Virus record (IMG/VR): IMGVR_UViG_2711768068_000019
Length of the DNA stretch: 33,324 nt
Reading direction: 5' to 3' (one strand)
Source of the DNA: a virus
Taxonomy: Duplodnaviria; Heunggongvirae; Uroviricota; Caudoviricetes
The translations under genes were made by a program, and so were the position numbers. Below the pieces are notes generated by a model that saw only the letters and a list, made by a program, of their open reading frames with translations, had not been told where the DNA came from and did not search any database. Positions 1 through 9,381 of this stretch are shown here, in pieces. Each line of letters opens with the position of its first letter. Position 1 is the first letter of the stretch.

Positions 1-1362
1 ATGTTTAAACCGGAACTCCTTTCCCCGGCGGGAACGCTGAAAAATATGCGTTACGCTTTCGCTTATGGCGCAGATGCTGTTTATGCGGGCCAGCCGCGTT
101 ATTCCCTGCGTGTGCGCAACAACGAATTCAACCACGAAAATCTTCAGCTCGGCATCAATGAAGCCCACGCGCTGGGGAAAAAGTTTTATGTCGTGGTCAA
201 CATTGCACCGCACAACGCCAAGCTGAAAACCTTTATCCGTGACCTGAAACCGGTGGTGGAAATGGGGCCGGATGCGCTGATTATGTCCGATCCAGGGCTG
301 ATTATGCTGGTGCGTGAGCACTTCCCTGAAATGCCGATCCACCTTTCGGTGCAGGCTAACGCCGTGAACTGGGCGACGGTGAAATTCTGGCAGCAAATGG
401 GCCTGACCCGCGTGATCCTCTCTCGCGAGCTGTCGCTGGAAGAGATTGAAGAGATCCGCAATCAGGTGCCGGATATGGAGATCGAGATCTTCGTTCACGG
501 CGCGCTGTGCATGGCCTACTCCGGTCGCTGCCTGCTCTCTGGCTATATCAACAAGCGCGACCCGAACCAGGGCACCTGCACCAACGCCTGCCGCTGGGAG
601 TACAACGTCCAGGAAGGGAAAGAAGATGATGTTGGCAACATCGTACACAAGTACGAGCCGATTCCGGTGCAAAATGTTGAGCCGACGCTGGGTATCGGCG
701 CACCAACCGACAAAGTGTTTATGATCGAAGAGGCCCAGCGTCCGGGCGAGTATATGACCGCGTTTGAAGATGAGCACGGCACTTACATCATGAACTCGAA
801 AGATCTGCGCGCCATCGCCCATGTAGAACGCCTGACCAAAATGGGCGTGCATTCGCTGAAAATCGAAGGTCGTACCAAATCTTTCTACTATTGTGCACGC
901 ACCGCACAGGTTTACCGCAAAGCTATCGATGACGCCGCTGCGGGAAAACCGTTCGATACCAGCCTGCTGGAAACTCTGGAAGGTCTGGCGCATCGTGGCT
1001 ATACCGAAGGTTTCCTGCGTCGTCATACTCACGACGATTATCAGAACTACGAATACGGTTATTCAGTTTCTGACCGCCAGCAGTTTGTTGGTGAGTTTAC
1101 CGGTGAGCGCAAGGGGGACCTCGCGGCGGTAGCGGTGAAAAATAAATTCTCCGTTGGCGACAGCCTTGAGCTGATGACGCCGCAAGGCAACATTAATTTT
1201 ACCCTTGAGCACATGGAAAACGCCAAAGGCGAAGCTATGCCGATAGCACCAGGCGATGGTTATACTGTGTGGCTCCCGGTCCCGCAGGATCTTGAGCTCA
1301 ATTACGCGCTGCTGATGCGTAATTTCTCCGGGGAAACCACGCGTAATCCCCACGGTAAGTGA
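1..1362 (+). CDS. yegQ: Peptidase U32-family protein YegQ (host chromosomal gene)
   Basis: Full-length 453-aa ORF starting at ATG position 1 (MFKPELLSPAGTLKNMRYAF...); I recognise the translation as enterobacterial YegQ. Host-like GC content, outside the att repeat. Confidence 0.9.
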   Translation: MFKPELLSPAGTLKNMRYAFAYGADAVYAGQPRYSLRVRNNEFNHENLQLGINEAHALGKKFYVVVNIAPHNAKLKTFIRDLKPVVEMGPDALIMSDPGLIMLVREHFPEMPIHLSVQANAVNWATVKFWQQMGLTRVILSRELSLEEIEEIRNQVPDMEIEIFVHGALCMAYSGRCLLSGYINKRDPNQGTCTNACRWEYNVQEGKEDDVGNIVHKYEPIPVQNVEPTLGIGAPTDKVFMIEEAQRPGEYMTAFEDEHGTYIMNSKDLRAIAHVERLTKMGVHSLKIEGRTKSFYYCARTAQVYRKAIDDAAAGKPFDTSLLETLEGLAHRGYTEGFLRRHTHDDYQNYEYGYSVSDRQQFVGEFTGERKGDLAAVAVKNKFSVGDSLELMTPQGNINFTLEHMENAKGEAMPIAPGDGYTVWLPVPQDLELNYALLMRNFSGETTRNPHGK

Positions 1363-1506
1363 TTAATTTCGATTATTTTTCCCGGATGGAAAATTCTTAG
1401 AAACCGATCACATACAGCTGCATTTATTAAGGTTATCATCCGTTTCGCTGAAAAACATAACCCATAAAATGCTAGCTGTACCAGGAACCACCTCCTTAGC
1501 CTGTGT

Positions 1507-1534
1507 AATCTCCCTTACACGGGCTTATTTTTTA
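1507..1534. repeat. Prophage attachment site core, ogr-proximal junction (attR in P2 convention)
   Basis: aatctcccttacacgggcttatttttta is repeated exactly at 32822..32849; its reverse complement contains the 27-bp P2 att core AAAAAATAAGCCCGTGTAAGGGAGATT as I recall it. Confidence 0.85.
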
Positions 1535-1595
1535 CGTACAACAAATTGAAATAAAAGGATTTATTTCTGGTCACGTCCACACATTGACCACATCG

Positions 1596-1630
1596 ACAAA
1601 AAAGCCCCTCAACTGAGGGGCTTTCTGTTT
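1596..1630 (-). terminator. Rho-independent terminator downstream of ogr (hairpin is bidirectional in form)
   Basis: GC stem gcccctc / gaggggc with a 4-nt loop, flanked by an A-run on one side and a T-run on the other; on the minus strand it reads stem-loop followed by TTTTTT, directly after the ogr stop. Confidence 0.7.
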
Positions 1631-1634
1631 GTAA

Positions 1635-1853
1635 TTACATCCACATAATTTGCTGCCCTGACGGCAACGGGTGCGGTCTTACGGCGTGGACTTCTCCCGG
1701 CTTCACGATGTATCGCTGTACCGACTCATAAGTGATGAACGTGGCGCTGCAATTCACGTTCTGACACTGGTGATAACGCTCTTTTGTCGTGTCAGTGATA
1801 TAGCGACTTGTACGCGCATGTGCGGCATGCTGGCATAAAGGACAATGAAACAT
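1635..1853 (-). CDS. ogr: Late gene transcriptional activator Ogr (C4 zinc-finger protein)
   Basis: 72-aa product MFHCPLCQHAAHARTSRYITDTTKERYHQCQNVNCSATF... with a CxxC...CxxxxC arrangement, recognised as P2 Ogr. The track ORF (to 1916) starts at a TTG; the ATG at 1851-1853 is preceded by a GAGGTG Shine-Dalgarno and gives the canonical length. Confidence 0.9.
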   Translation of the reverse strand: MFHCPLCQHAAHARTSRYITDTTKERYHQCQNVNCSATFITYESVQRYIVKPGEVHAVRPHPLPSGQQIMWM

Positions 1854-1887
1854 CGCGAGCACCTCTTCCGGTTTTGTTGATGGTGCC

Positions 1888-1916
1888 ATTTTAGTTAATT
1901 TATCCTTATAAAACAA
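1888..1916 (-). promoter_or_regulatory. Candidate sigma70 promoter for ogr
   Basis: Minus strand reads TTGTTT, a 17-nt spacer, then TAAAAT in the AT-rich D-ogr intergenic region. Hexamer match only. Confidence 0.3.
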
Positions 1917-1934
1917 ACAGATAAAATAAAAACA

Positions 1935-3098
1935 TCACTCATCATCTTCTGTTTCGTACTCCACATCAGAAAGCCTGACCTCAAGCTCCAAGGACGTCGT
2001 GAAGCCGCTATTATTCAGAAAATGTGTCACCTTAGTGATTGTCCAGTCCTGCTCGTCTATGACGCGCTTAAAGCCTGACACTTTAACCGGTGTTTCCGTG
2101 TAAATATCTGCCCGACCGGTAGCCAGGCTGATGGAGAACTCCGCCACACCCCGTTGCAGTTTATCCCACTTCGCCTGAGCGGCGCGCATGGCCTGTGCTT
2201 TCGTGGCATATACCGTGGTCAGTGCAAAAACGTTGTCAGCCTCACCGGCCATGTATTCACCTTCGCGCGCTTCCGGTACTTTTGGCGCTTTCTTCTGCGT
2301 GACTGGTTTCGCTTTCGGGTGCTCCAGTGCGCGCAGGTGTTTCTCTTTCTTTTTGCGTTTCAGTTTTACCTTCTGCTTTTGCGGCTTCGGGTCTTTGGTG
2401 TGTAACCACTTTGCCGTTACGCCGGTATAGGCTCCACGGTCAGCAATCGCAAAATGATGGCGGTCGCCGTCGCTGCGGGTTATGGTGACCTGCGGGACTT
2501 TTTTACCGCTGGCCGTCACCCCCTGCCCCGCTTTGAGAAACAACAGTTTTCCCATTTTTACCGACACCTCACCGCCGTTGCGTTCAGCAAGGCGGGTCAG
2601 GAATTTTGCATCAGACTCCTGCGACTGGTCGATGTGCGGGATTTTAATTCCGGCCAGTGATGGAACGACACTGGCTTCCAGCCTGTTACGGGAGGCTATC
2701 GCCTCAACAATCGCACCGAGCGTGGTGTCATGCCAGGAGCCTTCACGGCGGGAATTGAGCGTCCCGCGAAAATCTGCACTCCGGGCGCGGATGGTGACCA
2801 CATCCGGTGCGCCCCGGTGTTCAACCTCATCAACGGTAAATTTCCCTTTGCATACCAGGGCAAAACCTTTCCAGCCGATATACACCGTCAGGACAGCGCC
2901 ACGAACCGGCAGCCCGACCTGCCCGTCGGCATCGTTCAGTTCAATATCAAGCTGGTCAGCCTCAAAGCCCCGGTTATCCGTCAGGGTCATGCTCATCAGA
3001 CGGTCGCTGATATTGCCGGTAATATCCCTGCTGTCGAGCATCAGCATGTAATCCGGCGTCAGCGTACTGCCTGCATCAAATGTCAGCGCATCCAGCAT
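1935..3098 (-). CDS. D: Tail protein D (late control gene D product)
   Basis: 387-aa ORF, ATG start, recognised as P2 gpD; start overlaps the U stop. Confidence 0.9.
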   Translation of the reverse strand: MLDALTFDAGSTLTPDYMLMLDSRDITGNISDRLMSMTLTDNRGFEADQLDIELNDADGQVGLPVRGAVLTVYIGWKGFALVCKGKFTVDEVEHRGAPDVVTIRARSADFRGTLNSRREGSWHDTTLGAIVEAIASRNRLEASVVPSLAGIKIPHIDQSQESDAKFLTRLAERNGGEVSVKMGKLLFLKAGQGVTASGKKVPQVTITRSDGDRHHFAIADRGAYTGVTAKWLHTKDPKPQKQKVKLKRKKKEKHLRALEHPKAKPVTQKKAPKVPEAREGEYMAGEADNVFALTTVYATKAQAMRAAQAKWDKLQRGVAEFSISLATGRADIYTETPVKVSGFKRVIDEQDWTITKVTHFLNNSGFTTSLELEVRLSDVEYETEDDE

Positions 3099-3577
3099 TA
3101 TCCCGCCCCCGTCATACCCGTGAATTTAGTCGCCATACTGCCAGCCTTACCGATGAGCGATTCCGCCTGTTTACCGATATCGCCATAAAGCGCGGCCAGT
3201 GATTCATCAACGCGGGTGAGCGACAGCGTAAAATCAATTTTTCGGGGTGTGCCATCTGCAAAGAAAATACTCCCTGTTTCACTCACCTTGCTGATGACAT
3301 ACATGCCGTAAATCATGCCGGTGCCATCCAGCAACGGCCACGCCCGGCCTTCCTCTGCCATCAGCCTGAGCGTGGTCATCGTCAGCTTCCCGCCGGTCAG
3401 TTCGGGATAAAGCACGCCGGCAAGTGTGATGTTTTCCTCACCCACACCGAGAAACTGAAAGGCATCCCGTTTACCGATACGGGAATTTGACGGCCAGCGA
3501 TAATCTGATTCACGCTGCATGGTCTGGTGTGGCAGCGTCTGGCGCATAAAAACAAACATACCTAACGCGAGCATCAT
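3098..3577 (-). CDS. U: Tail protein U
   Basis: 159-aa ORF recognised as P2 gpU; synteny T-U-D. Confidence 0.9.
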   Translation of the reverse strand: MMLALGMFVFMRQTLPHQTMQRESDYRWPSNSRIGKRDAFQFLGVGEENITLAGVLYPELTGGKLTMTTLRLMAEEGRAWPLLDGTGMIYGMYVISKVSETGSIFFADGTPRKIDFTLSLTRVDESLAALYGDIGKQAESLIGKAGSMATKFTGMTGAG

Positions 3578-3591
3578 TTTTCGTCACCTCC

Positions 3592-6039
3592 TTAACCGTC
3601 ATGCATCATGCTGGCACGGGCGCGCGCACGTTTATCCCGCTCGTATTTTTCGAGCGCATCCTGTAACTGGCGGTCAAGCTGTGTCCCCGGCGCAGTACCA
3701 CCCGTCAGGCTGATGTGATATTCGTTTTTACTCTGGTCCACATAAGAGCGGCCAGCCGGTGCCGTAACCGGCTGATAAGCCTGATAACCTGCATAAGAGC
3801 TGGTCGCCGGAATATAACCACCGGTGCCATACGTGGCGGCATGAGTTCTGGCGGCGGTCTGGTCAAGTGTGTCTGACTCTTTGTTGATAACACCGAGTTT
3901 TTCCAGTACCCAGTCAATACCGCTGCGCAGTTTGTTGAACGCATTAAGCGGCAGCATCAGCGCGTCAGCCAGTGCCTGCCCGAACATGACCCCCGTGTCA
4001 CGGCAACGGTTCAGGGTGTCCTGTGTGGCTTTAACCGGGGCAATCAGGTTTTTAAACCACTGCCACGCGGCCTGTAACTTTTCACCCAGCCAGTCAAAAA
4101 CCGGTTTAAGTGGCGTGAACAGTTCCCCCACCGGCGCAAATGCCGCTTTCAGCCCTTCCACCACACCGCCAAAGAATGCGCTGACAGGCTCCCAGTATTT
4201 ACGGATAAGCAACGCCCCGGCGACAATGGCGGCCACCACGGCCACAACCGGCCAGCTAATCGCCCCGATGGCCGTCATAACAGCACTGCCAACCGTCGTG
4301 AAGATTGCCCCCATTGCGCCTGCTGCCGCGATGATGGCATTAATGCCGGTGATAACCGGCCAGGCTACAAGACCAATTGCACCGATGATGCCAATAAGCG
4401 CCAGTGCGCCACCGACAATAAGGCCGATGGTTGACGCCAGTGATTTGTTTTTCTGGATCCAGCCGTCGAGTTTTAACACATACTTTGTGGCCGTCTGCGT
4501 GAGATTACGCAGTGCGCCTTCCTGTTGGTCAAACAGGTCAGTCCCCACCGCCTCATAAGCAGACTGAAACTCCTTAAAGTCACCGCCCAGGTTGTCCTGC
4601 ATGATATTTACCAGCTCGGCGGTCTTCCCGTCTGAGGCTTTAAACGCAGCGGTCAGTTTGTCCAGCTTTCCGGTTGAGGCGGCAGTCATCAGCACGGCGG
4701 CGGCTGAGCTGGCCTCCTCCCCGAAAATAGTTTTCATGTATTCAGCCTGCTGGGCAGTACCGAGCCGGTTTTTCTCAAAACTGGCCTGCATTTCTTTCAG
4801 AATGGTAAATATTGGCCGGGTGTTTCCCTTGCTGTCTGAGGTTTTCACTCCAAGCTCTTTGAGTGCATCCCATGCTTTTCCCGTCGGTGCCTGCAGGCGG
4901 CTTAACACGGCACGGCTTCCCGTCCCCGCCATTGAGCCTGTGATTTTTGCATCATGCAGCGCCCCGACCATTGCGGCGGTTTCTTCAATGCTGACACCGG
5001 CATTTTTTGCCACAGGTGCGGCATAGGTCAGCGCATCGCTCATACCGTCAAAATCGGCGGCGGTTTTGTTCATCGTCATGGAGAGAACATCCCCGATATG
5101 AGCGACCTTATCGTTTGAAAGCTGAAAGGCGGATTTCATCCCCATCAGCAGGGCGGCGTTTTCTTCCATCGTGCGACGGTTCGCCAGCGCCATATTCAGC
5201 GTGACCGGCGTTGCCGCCTGAATGGCATCAACATCCCCACCGGCTTTCGCAATAATAATCTGCGCACCGGCTGCATCATCTGCCGAGGCGGCGGTATTGT
5301 CGCCAAGCTGACGCGCCTGTTTGCGGAGCGCGGCCATTTCGGCGGAGTCTTTTGCCACACCTAGCACGGCCTGCAATTCTGAGTTTTTCTGCGCAAACTC
5401 ATAACCGGGCATCAGCAGCTTAACACCGGCCATCGTTCCCGCCGCCGCAATCCCCACACCGGCAGCGCCCACTGAGGCCATATTTCCGGCCAGCTCCTTT
5501 CCGGCCTGATAACGCTGTTTTACTGCGTTAAGTTTTGCCTGTTGCGCACTGACACGCGCCAGCGCATCACGCTGACGGTTAAGCTGTGTGGTGGTTTCAC
5601 TGATACGGTTTTTCAGCCCTCGTTCATCATGCGCCAGATTACGGGTATTAATTCCCACAGCGGCCAGTTCCCGCTGCTGGCGCTTAACGGAATCCGTCAG
5701 ACGGTTATATTTCGCCTGTAAGTCCTCCGCCGCACGCTTTGCGGATTCCAGCACTTTCGCCTGAGCACGGGTCGGACGTTCGGTGTTTTTAAACTGTGTG
5801 GCAAGGGCTTCGGCTTCCTGCCGAGCCTTTTCAAGTGCATGACCAGTCACGGCGAGCTGCGCACTGGTCTTGCGAAATCCCTCAATACGGGACGCCTGAC
5901 CGTTCAGCTCGCGCAGTGATTTTTGTGTTTCCCGGATATCCCCCGACAGCGACTTGCTCGCTGTACGGATGGATTTAAACGGGCGGGATGCCTGGTCAAC
6001 AGCCCTGAGCAATACCTGTAATTTTACATTGTTACTCAT
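3592..6039 (-). CDS. T: Tail tape measure protein T
   Basis: 815-aa ORF with a coiled-coil N-terminal half and a Gly/Ala-rich hydrophobic central segment, typical of tape measure proteins; position and length match P2 gpT. Confidence 0.9.
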   Translation of the reverse strand: MSNNVKLQVLLRAVDQASRPFKSIRTASKSLSGDIRETQKSLRELNGQASRIEGFRKTSAQLAVTGHALEKARQEAEALATQFKNTERPTRAQAKVLESAKRAAEDLQAKYNRLTDSVKRQQRELAAVGINTRNLAHDERGLKNRISETTTQLNRQRDALARVSAQQAKLNAVKQRYQAGKELAGNMASVGAAGVGIAAAGTMAGVKLLMPGYEFAQKNSELQAVLGVAKDSAEMAALRKQARQLGDNTAASADDAAGAQIIIAKAGGDVDAIQAATPVTLNMALANRRTMEENAALLMGMKSAFQLSNDKVAHIGDVLSMTMNKTAADFDGMSDALTYAAPVAKNAGVSIEETAAMVGALHDAKITGSMAGTGSRAVLSRLQAPTGKAWDALKELGVKTSDSKGNTRPIFTILKEMQASFEKNRLGTAQQAEYMKTIFGEEASSAAAVLMTAASTGKLDKLTAAFKASDGKTAELVNIMQDNLGGDFKEFQSAYEAVGTDLFDQQEGALRNLTQTATKYVLKLDGWIQKNKSLASTIGLIVGGALALIGIIGAIGLVAWPVITGINAIIAAAGAMGAIFTTVGSAVMTAIGAISWPVVAVVAAIVAGALLIRKYWEPVSAFFGGVVEGLKAAFAPVGELFTPLKPVFDWLGEKLQAAWQWFKNLIAPVKATQDTLNRCRDTGVMFGQALADALMLPLNAFNKLRSGIDWVLEKLGVINKESDTLDQTAARTHAATYGTGGYIPATSSYAGYQAYQPVTAPAGRSYVDQSKNEYHISLTGGTAPGTQLDRQLQDALEKYERDKRARARASMMHDG

Positions 6040-6459
6040 TCGTGTTTCCGCTTCGCCGGAGCGCCTTTTCGCGCCATGTGATGAGTTCGGTCAGGCTCAT
6101 GGGATACAGTTCTGATGGCGGCCAGTGAAATATCACAGCCACATCTGCCATCAGGTCATCGACCGAGAGATTTTTCGGAAACGTCACTGCACCGAGTTCG
6201 GCGACAAAAAACCGACCACCTTACCGGCCAGCGCCACAAGGTCAGGCAGTTCCAGCGCGGCGACTTCCTGCTCGGTCAGCATCGGTGCCGTCATGCGCGG
6301 CAGCACCTTAATCAGTGCATCGACTTCAGAGTTCGCGACCGCAGCCAGACTGACACCGCGCAGCGTCCCGGCATTGGGTTTCATCAGCGTGACCTGTTCG
6401 ATAACCTGCTCACCACGCTTGACCGGATTGTCCAGGGTAATCACATTTTCTTTGTTCAT
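6032..6459 (-). CDS. E+E': Tail assembly chaperone E+E' (programmed -1 frameshift product, about 142 aa)
   Basis: Slippery heptamer G GTT TTT TG (minus strand, about 6205..6213) lies 7 codons before the E stop; a -1 shift opens a frame that runs to a TAA overlapping the T start codon (ATGAGTAA). Confidence 0.8.
6184..6459 (-). CDS. E: Tail assembly chaperone E (zero-frame product)
   Basis: 91-aa ORF, ATG start, ending ...GKVVGFLSPNSVQ; position between FII and T as in P2. Confidence 0.9.
   Translation of the reverse strand: MNKENVITLDNPVKRGEQVIEQVTLMKPNAGTLRGVSLAAVANSEVDALIKVLPRMTAPMLTEQEVAALELPDLVALAGKVVGFLSPNSVQ
6205..6213 (-). other. Programmed -1 ribosomal frameshift site (slippery sequence GGTTTTTTG)
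   Basis: Seen directly in the minus-strand sequence; encodes G-F-L in frame 0 and G-F-F after slippage. Confidence 0.75.
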
Positions 6460-6515
6460 GGTTTTCTCACTTATGAATCGGGGTTAACCGGTCAGCCAGG
6501 CTGACCGGATGAAAA

Positions 6516-7034
6516 TCACAGGCCGATATTGCGGCGGTGTTGCTCCAGCCGGTCGACGCCGTTCACCTTCTCAATCATGTTGATGGTGTCGATTTCGACC
6601 AGCTCCTTACCGTCCATCGTCAGCCGGAAATAGGTGCAGACCACGGAGATTTTCGACTCGGTGTCTTCTCCCTGTTTGCCCTCGCCGGTGTCGATTTCTT
6701 TCTGACGTCCACGCATGACCACCTCGACGGCCACCGTTTCGCCGGTATCGTCGCGCTGGTAAGAGCCTGCAAAACGAATCGGTACGGCATCCACACCGGT
6801 TGCGGCGTAAAGCTCCCAGATAACCGAATCCGGGAAGCCACCGAGCGACCACTCCATTGACAGCGCATCGTCATCAAGGCCGAGGTCTACCGGTGCGCTG
6901 CCGTTCATCCCCGCACCGCGATAGTTTTCGAGCTTACGGGTCAGTTTTGGCAGCGTGACGGACTTTGCGACGCCCTGATAGCTGTAGCCGTTCAGAAAGA
7001 CGTTCATTAACTTGAGTTTGCGCGGCATTGCCAT
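6516..7034 (-). CDS. FII: Tail tube protein FII
   Basis: 172-aa ORF, ATG start, recognised as P2 gpFII; synteny FI-FII-E. Confidence 0.9.
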   Translation of the reverse strand: MAMPRKLKLMNVFLNGYSYQGVAKSVTLPKLTRKLENYRGAGMNGSAPVDLGLDDDALSMEWSLGGFPDSVIWELYAATGVDAVPIRFAGSYQRDDTGETVAVEVVMRGRQKEIDTGEGKQGEDTESKISVVCTYFRLTMDGKELVEIDTINMIEKVNGVDRLEQHRRNIGL

Positions 7035-7046
7035 CGGTCAGGCTCC

Positions 7047-8237
7047 TTAATTGCTGTTAACCGAGGTGACCAGATTTGCCAGGTATTTATCGGTAATACG
7101 CTGGCGCAGGGTCAGATTTTCAAGAGGAGGCACCGGTGTATAGTCGTAGTCGATATACAGTTTTCCGGCCTTGAGGGTTTCCGCATCGTTGGATTCTTCG
7201 CTGAACCAGCAGGTCGCATCCACGATATAGCCGTTTGTTTTCAGCTCTCGGAATTTGGCATTGATGCCGTCAACGATGTCGCGAATCAGCGTTGCGGTGA
7301 TGGGCTTGTCCACCGCCCACATGTGCGCCTCAGCCATCGTATCGGCCAGCACCTGCGCGGTGCGGGTGTAGTTTTCAAAGAGGAACAGCGGGTCATCAGA
7401 GCAGGTACGGTTACCCCAGAAGCGGAAACCGTCGCGGCGAATCAGCGTTGTGACGCCTGACTCGTTAAGCAGGTCAGCATCAGTACCGGACTCCTGCAAA
7501 TCCCAGAATACAGAGGCGCTGATGCCGGTAACACCGTTCACCCCGACATTGGACAGCGTTTTATGCCAGCCCTGCTCCTGGTCGATTTTAGCGCGCAGCC
7601 CCAGCGCACGGGCGGTGGCATACGCGGTGGCGGTGGTACTGGTGACCGTATCCCATGCGAGGAAATCCGGCCAGATGACCATCAGCTCACGCTGGCTGAA
7701 ATTCTGACGGTAGGCTTTCACCTCGGAAATGGTTTTACAGCCCCATGCGCTGATATACCCGAAAGCGCGCAGCTTCTGACAGACGGATGCCAGTGCAACA
7801 GCCACCTCTTTGGTATCCAGTCCCGGCACACCGAGAATACGCGGTTTAACACCGGTTACCGACTCCGCCGCCAGCAGGGCTTTTAGTCCGGTGTACTGAC
7901 CGTTTTCGTCGGTGGTGCCGATGATATTGGAAACGGTCTGCGCGAGTTTCGTTTCCTCATTGTCGCCGGTGCCGTCTTCCACGCGCACGACAACGGTGAC
8001 CGGTTTTGACTGGTCAGCGATGGCCTGCAACGATGCCGCCAGCGTGCCTTTTTTACCGGCCTTTGCAATTGCGCTCTGCACATTGGTAATCAGCACCGGT
8101 TTATTGAGGGGGAAGGTTTCCGCATCTGCATCGCTGGCCGTGCAGACCATGCCGACAATGGCCGTGGATACGGTGGAAATGACGCGGGTGCCGTCGTTAA
8201 TCTCCAGCACCTGCACGCCGTGATGATAGTCACTCAT
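7047..8237 (-). CDS. FI: Contractile tail sheath protein FI
   Basis: 396-aa ORF, ATG start, recognised as P2 gpFI. Confidence 0.9.
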   Translation of the reverse strand: MSDYHHGVQVLEINDGTRVISTVSTAIVGMVCTASDADAETFPLNKPVLITNVQSAIAKAGKKGTLAASLQAIADQSKPVTVVVRVEDGTGDNEETKLAQTVSNIIGTTDENGQYTGLKALLAAESVTGVKPRILGVPGLDTKEVAVALASVCQKLRAFGYISAWGCKTISEVKAYRQNFSQRELMVIWPDFLAWDTVTSTTATAYATARALGLRAKIDQEQGWHKTLSNVGVNGVTGISASVFWDLQESGTDADLLNESGVTTLIRRDGFRFWGNRTCSDDPLFLFENYTRTAQVLADTMAEAHMWAVDKPITATLIRDIVDGINAKFRELKTNGYIVDATCWFSEESNDAETLKAGKLYIDYDYTPVPPLENLTLRQRITDKYLANLVTSVNSN

Positions 8238-8328
8238 CCGTTTAACTCCGTGGTTAATGGGTGCAACTATTTTCTGTTGTGCAGAGCATGAGACGCTATT
8301 TGACCTGGCTGGTCAGTGGATGAAACAA

Positions 8329-8359
8329 CAGATAAAGAAAATGCGGGCAATTCGCCCGC
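8329..8359 (-). terminator. Candidate rho-independent terminator downstream of the Z/fun-position gene
   Basis: Minus strand reads GCGGGC-GAATT-GCCCGC followed by ATTTTCTTTAT. It lies about 200 nt below the stop of the 8567..9160 gene and upstream of FI. Confidence 0.4.
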
Positions 8360-8566
8360 CTGTCCTGATTTGTACACACTCATTTTCCGACTGACAGTTT
8401 ACATAGCCCAAAAGTTATCAAATCTGACAGTCTGCTTTGAGCAAGAAGCGGACATTTGCCTGTCAGGGTATATGCCGCTCTGCGGTTATTATCCAGAATC
8501 AATAATTCATCTGAGCTGGATTACATATAAAACATAGTTACCCCATGAATAACCATTAGCAGATTA

Positions 8567-9160
8567 TCAATTATGTAAATCTTTTGTTTTATGTTCTTTA
8601 GCGTGTTGTGATAATAAATAGCTATAGCGTTTAAGCAAAATATTAGAAAGATTAAGCTCATTCATGAAGTGTTCTTCTAATAAGTAACCATCAATATCAA
8701 CTTTAATATCATTACCACTTTTCATCTTCTGTAACGTAGATTTTACACGCTCCAGCAGGATGCTTTGCTCATGGTAATAGTCCATAAGAAGAGTAACATC
8801 CTCTTTATCAAGCTTACTTAATTCGCCGAAGTAGGATTTAAACACTTTATCAGTCTGGTTTAATGCAATCTGTAAGCGAGGTCCCCCTAATGATTTGACA
8901 TTAATGGCAAAAGGCTCGCCAACAAAATGCTCCGAATTTTCGTCAAAGCCAATATGTCTCGTTTTATCAAGAAAAGTGAGAGCGCGATGGTTATTAGCGA
9001 TTTCATATGCAAACATTGTTCTGATACTGTCTCTCTCAGCCTCCATGTTTATATCATCACGATGATTTGTATAAAATATATTTCCAACAAAGAGAACCAT
9101 AGCAAGAATCACTGAACTTGCCTCCCAGTTAATATTTTTTAATCGTCGCTTAGTAAACAT
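8567..9160 (-). CDS. Hypothetical membrane-anchored protein, AT-rich moron at the P2 Z/fun position
   Basis: 197-aa ORF with ATG start and a strong Shine-Dalgarno (AAGGTG, 4-nt spacer). One N-terminal hydrophobic helix (SSVILAMVLFVGNIFYT) followed by a soluble domain. Markedly lower GC than the flanking G and FI genes. No family recognised. Confidence 0.65.
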   Translation of the reverse strand: MFTKRRLKNINWEASSVILAMVLFVGNIFYTNHRDDINMEAERDSIRTMFAYEIANNHRALTFLDKTRHIGFDENSEHFVGEPFAINVKSLGGPRLQIALNQTDKVFKSYFGELSKLDKEDVTLLMDYYHEQSILLERVKSTLQKMKSGNDIKVDIDGYLLEEHFMNELNLSNILLKRYSYLLSQHAKEHKTKDLHN

Positions 9161-9381
9161 ACCGCACCTTAATTATCAAAAATATTCCTTCAGTGTTATC
9201 TGGTTAGCCTAAACCAAGTCATTAAAGTCCGCAGGATATCATATACATAAAATGTATTGATTAGAATTTGCACTAATAAAATAATGCTTTACTAAAATCT
9301 ACTCCAGACACAGAGCGGCCTGTCAGATTAGGCTTTACTCTGTGCCATAGATATGTAATCTCACACCAGAGCTTATACAAC

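Noticed and set aside
446-1353. Several 79-96-aa ORFs on both strands within yegQ
   Set aside because: Nested inside a full-length conserved host gene; alternative-frame artefacts.
1363-1634. Possible tRNA or tmRNA gene at the integration site
   Set aside because: Many prophages insert into tRNA genes, but I could find no cloverleaf-compatible structure or conserved T-loop motif near either att core. The P2 core here is intergenic, consistent with P2 biology.
1854-1916. N-terminal extensions of several track ORFs (ogr, X, L, O, P, A, the 375-aa cargo protein and others)
   Set aside because: The extended versions start at TTG or GTG codons and exceed the known lengths of the P2 proteins. Internal ATG codons with Shine-Dalgarno motifs reproduce the canonical lengths, so the shorter models were used.
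2482-3051. 189-aa ORF on the plus strand inside gene D
   Set aside because: Antisense to a well-supported P2 gene. Long antisense ORFs are common in GC-rich coding DNA, and this one is Ser/Pro/Arg/Ala-rich like translated antisense sequence.
3869-4558. 229-aa plus-strand ORF (and neighbours at 4592..5026 and 5007..5204) inside the tape measure gene
   Set aside because: Antisense to gpT with low-complexity composition and no room for a promoter or ribosome-binding site; judged spurious.
8316-8537. 73-aa plus-strand ORF between FI and the Z/fun-position gene
   Set aside because: Begins at a GTG with no convincing ribosome-binding site, is convergent with the moron gene and has odd composition; more likely untranslated 3' region. 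Kept as low-probability only.
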